In this document: in pieces, positions 38,801 to 44,309 of the stretch
Layout of the letters: each line of letters starts with the position of its first letter
Position numbering within the stretch: the stretch's first letter is position 1
From: Candidatus Paceibacter sp.
Lineage (GTDB): Bacteria; Patescibacteriota; Minisyncoccia; Phycocordibacterales; GCA-2747955
Direction of reading: 5' to 3'
NCBI GenBank assembly: GCA_014237915.1
Contig: JABACC010000005.1
Location: forward strand, 1 to 44,309
DNA: 44,309 bases
Notes under the pieces: model-generated
Seen by the model: the letters and a program-made list of their open reading frames with translations, nothing else
The model's database searches: none
What the model was told of the DNA's origin: nothing
Translations under genes and position numbers: made by a program

Positions 38801-39162
38801 TTATTTTTTTGTGCAAAATCTTGATTGTGGATTTTTTTTACAAAATCCATCTCTGATATTTTCACCTACCTCTCTAGCCCTTGAAAAAACTCCTCCGGAG
38901 GCCGCGCCTAAACATCCTGCCCAACTTCCTTGTTTTTCTCGGCAAGATTTTGCAGAGTTTTGAACATCCTTAAATTTCTGACCTGTTTTTTGGCAATGTC
39001 AGAAATTAATTTTTTTCTTTTTTCCCTGCACTGCCCAACCGTGATTTTGTTTTCACAAAAAACACCTTGCCAATAAATTCCGTTTTCAGAATTTTCCTCA
39101 TCAGCAAAAACATTTGCTGGAAAAATAAATAAGAACAAACTTGCTAAAATAATCTTTTTCAT
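38801..39162 (-). pseudogene. small secreted Cys-rich protein, apparently frameshifted
   Basis: Signal peptide MKKIILASLFLFIFPANVFA. One extra A near 38990 extends the frame through ..KSCREKQGSWAGCLG..FCKKNPQSRFCTKK* to just before a terminator. Confidence 0.5.
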
Positions 39163-39209
39163 ATCTCTTCCTTTCTCTAAAAAATTTCTAGCACCAGAAA
39201 AATTATAAT

Positions 39210-39249
39210 AAAAAAACAAAAAACTGCCAAGGCAGTTTTTTGTTTTTTT
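39210..39249 (-). terminator. rplJL terminator
   Basis: aaaaaaacaaaaaactgcc-AA-ggcagttttttgttttttt. Confidence 0.75.
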
Positions 39250-39277
39250 AATTTTTTAAAATTAAATTTTTTTGAAA

Positions 39278-39826
39278 TTATTTAAGTTCAACTTTTCCTC
39301 CAGCTTCTTCAACAAGTTTTTTAATTTCTTCTCCTTCATCTTTAGATGCTCCTTTTTTTAGAGCAGATGGTGCAGCGTCAACAAGATCTTTGGCTTCTTT
39401 TAATCCTAAACCAAGAGCTTGTTTAACAGCTTTGATTACTCCAACTTTTGACGCTCCAACATCTGTTAGCTCAACATCGAATTCTGATTTTTCTTCAGCT
39501 CCTCCGGCATCTGCTCCGCCTCCACCTGCAACTGCAACAGCTGCTGCTGATACTCCGAATTTTTCTTCAAAAACTTTTACAAGTTCGTTAAGTTCTAAAA
39601 CAGGCATTTTTTCAATTTCCTCAACAATTTTTTTGAATTTTTCTGGAACTTCTACTTCTTTTGTTTCTTCTGCTTTTTCTTCAACTGGAGCAGTTTCAGG
39701 CTCTTCTTTTTTTTCTTCAGTTTCAGCTGGAGCTTCTTCAACTTTTTGCTCTTCAGCTGGCGCTTCAGTATTTTCTGTAGTTTCTTCTACATTTTCTTCA
39801 TTTTTTTGTACTTCTTCGTCTGACAT
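39278..39826 (-). CDS. rplL: 50S ribosomal protein L7/L12 with acidic N-terminal extension
   Basis: [30 protein letters not shown]. Confidence 0.97.
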   Translation of the reverse strand: MSDEEVQKNEENVEETTENTEAPAEEQKVEEAPAETEEKKEEPETAPVEEKAEETKEVEVPEKFKKIVEEIEKMPVLELNELVKVFEEKFGVSAAAVAVAGGGGADAGGAEEKSEFDVELTDVGASKVGVIKAVKQALGLGLKEAKDLVDAAPSALKKGASKDEGEEIKKLVEEAGGKVELK

Positions 39827-39852
39827 ATTTTTTAATTAATTTATTAATAATT

Positions 39853-40338
39853 TTAAGATTTCTTTTCTGCTATTTGACCTAAAACAACTGCGGTCCTTTG
39901 AATTGGTGAGTTTATAATGTTTACAAACATTCCACGAAGTTCTTTCATTCCTGGAATAGATGCGATTTCACTCATTTGCTCTTTTGACTTAAAGTCTCCA
40001 TCAAAAATTCCTCCTAAAATTTTAATTTTTTCATTATAATTTTTAGAAAAATTTTTTACTAATCTTGCGGGAGCTGTTAAATCTTCTCCGTAAGCTAGGG
40101 CTACTTCTCCATCAAGTTGAGGCATTTCTCCTTTTCTATCAAATTTTTCGGCAGCTTTTTTTATGATCGTTTTTTTAACAACAGAATAATTCACTCCTTC
40201 TTCTTTCATTTCGGCTCGCATTTTTTTTGCTTCTTCTCCGGAAATTCCAGAAAAGCCAACAAAAACAGCGGAAGGTGATTTAAGTATCTCTGAAGTTTTT
40301 TTCATTACTTCTTCTTTTTTTTCTCTCGTTATTGCCAT
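39853..40338 (-). CDS. rplJ: 50S ribosomal protein L10
   Basis: VVKKTI, KILGGIFDG; directly upstream of rplL. Confidence 0.93.
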   Translation of the reverse strand: MAITREKKEEVMKKTSEILKSPSAVFVGFSGISGEEAKKMRAEMKEEGVNYSVVKKTIIKKAAEKFDRKGEMPQLDGEVALAYGEDLTAPARLVKNFSKNYNEKIKILGGIFDGDFKSKEQMSEIASIPGMKELRGMFVNIINSPIQRTAVVLGQIAEKKS

Positions 40339-40390
40339 AATATATTTTTAATTTTGTTTTTAAAAATAAAAACTTTTTGTTAACCAAAAA

Positions 40391-40508
40391 GCCAGAAATT
40401 TTGTATATAGTCGCCTAAGTCGGGTTTAAGAAAATTTTTTGCGGATTTTTTAGGAAAAATATTTTTCCTAAAAAATCCGCAAAAAATTTTCAACCAACTT
40501 TCTCTGGT
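40391..40508 (-). ncRNA. L10 leader-like cis-regulatory RNA
   Basis: CCAGAGAAAGTTGGT...TTAAACCCGACTTAGG...TCTGG upstream of rplJ resembles the recalled L10-leader consensus. Confidence 0.55.
40430..40491. repeat. 62-bp perfect, spacerless palindrome
   Basis: gaaaattttttgcggattttttaggaaaaat|atttttcctaaaaaatccgcaaaaaattttc. Confidence 0.92.
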
Positions 40509-40595
40509 TTTTGTAAGTGTTATTTTATATAAAAAAAATAAAAATACAAGTTTTTGCAAATAATAAATATTTGTAAAAATAAAAAATTTTAAAAC

Positions 40596-40632
40596 AAAAA
40601 ATGCGGGCCTCCTTCGGAGGCCCGCATTTTTT
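40596..40632 (-). repeat. GNA-triloop hairpin
   Basis: aaaaaatgcgggcctcc-TTC-ggaggcccgcatttttt. Confidence 0.9.
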
Positions 40633-40671
40633 TCAATTTTTCTAAAATCTCAATCTAGAAATTCCAAAAAA

Positions 40672-41076
40672 CTATAAACAAGAATTTGAATTTTCGTTAG
40701 GCTCTTGAAAAACTTCTCCCACTCTTCCTTTATTGTCTATACAATAAAAATTTCCATTTTTAATTTCTGCATAAAAAAGCCAAAAATCTTTTCCATCAAA
40801 ACATTTCCCTGCGGTATTTCTAACATTTAAAATTCTTTGAATGTTTCCATCTTCACAAATTTCATCATTGTTTTTAAAAATAAGATCTCGTGTAGCAATA
40901 GACTGCGCATTTTTTAAAGATTGTTCTATAGCTGAGTCTGAGGTTCTTTCCGCTGTTTTTTTAACTTCTAAAACAAGATATGTGATTCCAAAAATAATAA
41001 AAATTAAAGCCACAATGACTAAAATTTCTGAAATTACTAAACCTTTGTTTTTTTTAATAAATTTTGAATTTTCCAT
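40672..41076 (-). CDS. pilin-like protein (degenerate prepilin N-terminus)
   Basis: KG-LVISEILVIVALI, FYCIDNKG, Cys pairs. Confidence 0.7.
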   Translation of the reverse strand: MENSKFIKKNKGLVISEILVIVALIFIIFGITYLVLEVKKTAERTSDSAIEQSLKNAQSIATRDLIFKNNDEICEDGNIQRILNVRNTAGKCFDGKDFWLFYAEIKNGNFYCIDNKGRVGEVFQEPNENSNSCL

Positions 41077-41170
41077 ATTTTAAATATAACAGAAAAATGA
41101 AAAAATTTCTTATACTTTTCCACTTTTAAAAAAATTGTTTATAAAAATATTTGCAAAATTTAATTTAAAA

Positions 41171-41200
41171 AAACAAAAAACCCTTACGGGTTTTTTGTTT
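41171..41200 (-). terminator. pilin terminator
   Basis: aaacaaaaaaccc-TTAC-gggttttttgttt (GTAA loop on the minus strand). Confidence 0.75.
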
Positions 41201-41218
41201 AAAAGCTATATCTTAATA

Positions 41219-41668
41219 TTATAGTAAATCACAACTTATGTCGCCAGCATTTGCTGTCACAGTAGTTACATCACGCTCTCCAGAAAAACCAGTAGAGTCA
41301 ACACAATAGTAAATTGTATTACCTGTAGTTTCTGAATCAACATTTAATTTTCCATAAGCTACCCATGTGTCTGCGGTATCGTTACAAACCAAACCATTTT
41401 CTTCAGTAGTTTCAAGAGTAAAACCAAGTCCAACTGGATCAGTACTAGTACAAACTCCATCAAAAGAGAAAGGGTCAGTGCTAGAATAAAAGATAGTGGC
41501 CGCAACAGGTAATTTAGCTAAATTTGCTTGTGTTTTTGAATCTTTAGCATTGTCTATTGTATCTCCAGGGTTAACCGCTGTGATAACAATTCCAGCTAGT
41601 ACCGCAATAACTGCGATAACAATTAAAAGTTCTATCAATGTAAAACCTTTTTGAATATTTTTAATCAT
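41219..41668 (-). CDS. type IV pilin
   Basis: KG-FTLIELLIVIAVIAVLA, YYCVDSTG. Confidence 0.92.
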   Translation of the reverse strand: MIKNIQKGFTLIELLIVIAVIAVLAGIVITAVNPGDTIDNAKDSKTQANLAKLPVAATIFYSSTDPFSFDGVCTSTDPVGLGFTLETTEENGLVCNDTADTWVAYGKLNVDSETTGNTIYYCVDSTGFSGERDVTTVTANAGDISCDLL

Positions 41669-41733
41669 AAAATATTTTTAATTAATTTTTAATAACAATA
41701 TATATTATTATTACTTCTAAAATTTAGAAATAA

Positions 41734-41762
41734 AATATAAAGCCCTTACGGGGCCTTGTCAA
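41734..41762 (-). promoter_or_regulatory. sigma70-type promoter of the pilin gene
   Basis: TTGACA-N17-TATATT with a GC-rich spacer. Confidence 0.65.
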
Positions 41763-41795
41763 ATTATATAATAAATCTGTGGAAAAAAACAATGT

Positions 41796-42407
41796 TTAAC
41801 TGTGGATAAATGAAAAAATCTTTTGCCAGAATAAATTTTTTTCCTTGTCTTTGTTTTTTAAAACAGAATAAAATAAAAAATTTTCTTCTGAAAATTCTTT
41901 TTTCATTGTTTGAAAAATCTGACTTTTTTGTTTTTGATTTAACTTATCGCTTTTAGATAAAATTATTAAAAAATCTTCTTTTTTTTCTTTAAAAGAAGAA
42001 AGTAAAATTTTATCAAATTCTGTTAAACCTCTTCTTGAATCAACAATTAAAATATTTAATCTTTCGAAAACTTCTTTCCCTTCCAAATACCAGTTTAGAA
42101 GTTTTTGAATTTTTATTTTTAATTTATCTGAAAGTTTTGCATATCCATATCCTGGTAAATCCACAAAAAAAATATTTTCTTCTTTTTTATTTTTTTCTAA
42201 AAAAATATCAAAAAAATTTATCTCAGTTGTCTTTCCGGGTTTTGACGAAGATTTTACAAGGTTAACTCTTCCTAAAATTGAATTTATAAAAGAAGATTTT
42301 CCTGAATTTGATTTTCCCCAAAAAGCAACTTGTTTTTTTTTAATTTCTAAAATTTCATTTGATCCTAAAATACCCTTTACAAATTTAGCTTCTTTAATAA
42401 CAATCAT
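41796..42407 (-). CDS. engB: ribosome biogenesis GTPase YihA/YsxC
   Basis: GKSNSGKSS, KPGKT, DLPGYG, SKSDK. Confidence 0.93.
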   Translation of the reverse strand: MIVIKEAKFVKGILGSNEILEIKKKQVAFWGKSNSGKSSFINSILGRVNLVKSSSKPGKTTEINFFDIFLEKNKKEENIFFVDLPGYGYAKLSDKLKIKIQKLLNWYLEGKEVFERLNILIVDSRRGLTEFDKILLSSFKEKKEDFLIILSKSDKLNQKQKSQIFQTMKKEFSEENFLFYSVLKNKDKEKNLFWQKIFSFIHS

Positions 42408-42410
42408 ATT

Positions 42411-43202
42411 TTAATTTTTAATATAATAAAATTCTCCAAAAACTCTTCCGTAAAGTGCTATTGTTTTTTTAGCTTCTCTGTTTGTTAAAATAAAATCCTC
42501 ATCGTGAGCAATTTTATTTCTAATCTTATGGGCTTCCCAAGCATCATTGATTGTTTGAAAATTTCCATTTTTTAATTTCTCGCCAAGGGTTTCTCCAGAA
42601 AAACCATTGTCGTCCAAAGATTTAAATAATAATTTATCAGCTTCTATGATTGCATTTTTCCAATCATTAGGATTTTCAGTTTTTATTAACTCTTTTATTT
42701 CTTCCCATTTTTCACTTTTTTTATCATCAACAGAGTTTTGTTTTTTAATATAAATTGTGTCAAAAACTTCCCCTTCTAAATCATCAAGTTCTTTATCTTT
42801 AAGTTTTACAATAATTATTAAAATAAGGAAAACCAGAAAAAAAAGATAAAAAAAAGAATTTATTCCCCCAAAAAAAATTTCAAAAAAAGATGGCCCATCA
42901 TAAGGATTTATGAAAAAATTAGATAACATATCAAAAAATCCCCAGCTTTCTGAATCAGCTCCAGCTGGAGCTCTGCAAATAGCGTAACCTCCTTCTTTTC
43001 CAAGACCTGCTCCAAATAAACCTGAAAATTCTCCTGAATTAGAATTATAGGCTCTTAAGGCATAGAAAAAACCAGATTGAGAGTCTGAGGTTAAATTTCC
43101 AAAACCATCAAAACCCAAAAAAGAAGAAATTCCTCCAAAAAAATCACCAAAAAAAGAATAGATTAAATAGAAAAAATAATCTAAATTCAAAAATCTTTCC
43201 AT
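42411..43202 (-). CDS. conserved hypothetical membrane protein (start probably MERF)
   Basis: TM then WKNAIIEADKLL..GETLGEKLK..AWEAHKIRNKIAH. The ORF-track start lies within a palindrome. Confidence 0.75.
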   Translation of the reverse strand: MERFLNLDYFFYLIYSFFGDFFGGISSFLGFDGFGNLTSDSQSGFFYALRAYNSNSGEFSGLFGAGLGKEGGYAICRAPAGADSESWGFFDMLSNFFINPYDGPSFFEIFFGGINSFFYLFFLVFLILIIIVKLKDKELDDLEGEVFDTIYIKKQNSVDDKKSEKWEEIKELIKTENPNDWKNAIIEADKLLFKSLDDNGFSGETLGEKLKNGNFQTINDAWEAHKIRNKIAHDEDFILTNREAKKTIALYGRVFGEFYYIKN

Positions 43203-43221
43203 AATGTTTCTATTATACAAT

Positions 43222-43293
43222 GTTTTTAAAAATTTGCGCGCCAAAAAAAATCTCCCAAGGGAGATTTTTTTTGGCGCGCAAATTTTTAAAAAC
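43222..43293. repeat. 35-bp-arm perfect inverted repeat just downstream of sod
   Basis: gtttttaaaaatttgcgcgccaaaaaaaatctccc-AA-gggagattttttttggcgcgcaaatttttaaaaac. Confidence 0.92.
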
Positions 43294-43297
43294 TGAT

Positions 43298-43903
43298 TTA
43301 GTCTAAAATCCTACTTTCTACTTTCTGCCAATTTATATAATCAAAAAATTTTTCAATATAATCTGGTCGTTTGTTTTGAAAATCTAAATAATAAGCGTGT
43401 TCCCAAACATCCAAAACAAGTAGCGGTTTTTGTTTTCCATTTTTTTCAATTATAAAATCCATTAAAGGATTGTCTTGGTCTTTTGTTTGAATTATTTCAA
43501 GATTTCCTTCAGAATTTTCAACAAGCCAAACCCAGCCTGATCCGAAAAGTGAAACAGCAGAATTTTTGAATTCTTCTAAAAAAATTTCATATGAACCAAA
43601 AGAAGAATTAATTTTTTCTAAAATATTATTTTCTGGTTTTTGAAAATCCGAAGAAAGACTTTCCCAAAAAAATTGATGATTCCAAAAACCTCCTCCGTTG
43701 TTTCTAACTGTTTTTGAATAATTTGAGATTTGAGAAAAAATTTCTTCACAAGTTTTATTTTCAATTTTTCCATCTTCAAGGGCTTTATTAAATTTGTCAG
43801 TATAAGCTTGGTGGTGTTTTCCGTGGTGAAAATCTAAGGTTTTTTCTGAAATAAATCCTTCAAGAGAATTTTTTTCAAATGGTAAATTTTTAAGTTCAAA
43901 CAT
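43298..43903 (-). CDS. sod: Fe/Mn superoxide dismutase
   Basis: HHGKHHQAY, NHQFFW, FGSGWVWL, DVWEHAYY. Confidence 0.96.
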   Translation of the reverse strand: MFELKNLPFEKNSLEGFISEKTLDFHHGKHHQAYTDKFNKALEDGKIENKTCEEIFSQISNYSKTVRNNGGGFWNHQFFWESLSSDFQKPENNILEKINSSFGSYEIFLEEFKNSAVSLFGSGWVWLVENSEGNLEIIQTKDQDNPLMDFIIEKNGKQKPLLVLDVWEHAYYLDFQNKRPDYIEKFFDYINWQKVESRILD

Positions 43904-43920
43904 ATTAAATTAAATTATGA

Positions 43921-43977
43921 AATTTTTGGGCGGATTTTTGAAAAAACTTCGTTTTTTAAAAAATCCGCCAAAAAATT
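43921..43977 (-). repeat. GNA-triloop hairpin, 27-bp stem with two mismatches
   Basis: aatttttgggcggatttttgaaaaaac-TTC-gttttttaaaaaatccgccaaaaaatt. Confidence 0.8.
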
Positions 43978-44023
43978 CCTTCCACAAAATTATAACAAAA
44001 ATACCTGTCAACTACCAAAATTA

Positions 44024-44309
44024 TTATCTTTTTATGAAAAATTTTAAATACACAAGCCAAGAAGAAAAACTAAATATTAATAATGAAATAATCATTTGTA
44101 TTACATCAAAAGGTAAAGTCGTCCCCAAAAAAGCTCCTTGGGTAAAATTTTCTTTATTGTTTTCATTTTTCAAATCTTCTTGTTCTTCTTCAAAAACATC
44201 TTCATCTTTATTTACTTCTTTGTCTTCATTTGAAGAATTTTCATCAAAATAATCTTCCTGTTCTTTTTCTTCATTTTCTGGCTCTTCCTCCTGCGTTTCG
44301 TCTTCTGTA
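44024..44309 (-). CDS. partial CDS: acidic stalk, C-terminal TM and basic tail (surface-anchored protein)
   Basis: ..EENEEKEQEDYFDE..VIQMIISLLIFSFSSWLVYLKFFIKR*; 5' end lies outside the window. Confidence 0.7.
   Translation of the reverse strand, partial: TEDETQEEEPENEEKEQEDYFDENSSNEDKEVNKDEDVFEEEQEDLKNENNKENFTQGAFLGTTLPFDVIQMIISLLIFSFSSWLVYLKFFIKR

Noticed and set aside
38828..38849. Degenerate GGATTTT..AAAATCC hairpin
   Set aside because: Short and imperfect, no GNA loop, and lies in probable coding sequence
41778..41809. DnaA-box-like TGTGGAAAA and TGTGGATAA as a replication origin
   Set aside because: Only two boxes, one inside the engB 3' end, and no dnaA or box cluster nearby

Overview
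Very AT-rich bacterial chromosome segment. Gene content and the divergent 16S rRNA point to Patescibacteria/CPR (Parcubacteria-like; inference). Core genes include mreB, ftsZ, a ftsQ-like gene, dprA, miaA, dus, aspS behind a compact T-box, rpmB, rplJ/rplL, pyrG, pgk, xfp, ackA, engB and sod. The window also holds three tRNAs, a stand-alone 16S gene, a LIV-type ABC transporter, two type IV pilin-like genes, and a decaying defence island (C5-MTase/REase, Shedu with an internal stop, hsdS scrap, frameshifted HicA). Two window-wide signals stand out. (1) There are 22 GC-clamped hairpins with variable arms but an invariant C-GNA-G triloop, the known extra-stable DNA mini-hairpin motif. They occur in both orientations and in divergent spacers, and four lie in frame inside intact genes. 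(2) The 16S 3' tail has lost the anti-Shine-Dalgarno sequence, and ten genes carry an extended -10 box exactly 6 nt before the ATG, predicting leaderless mRNAs. All calls were made by eye; no searches were run.
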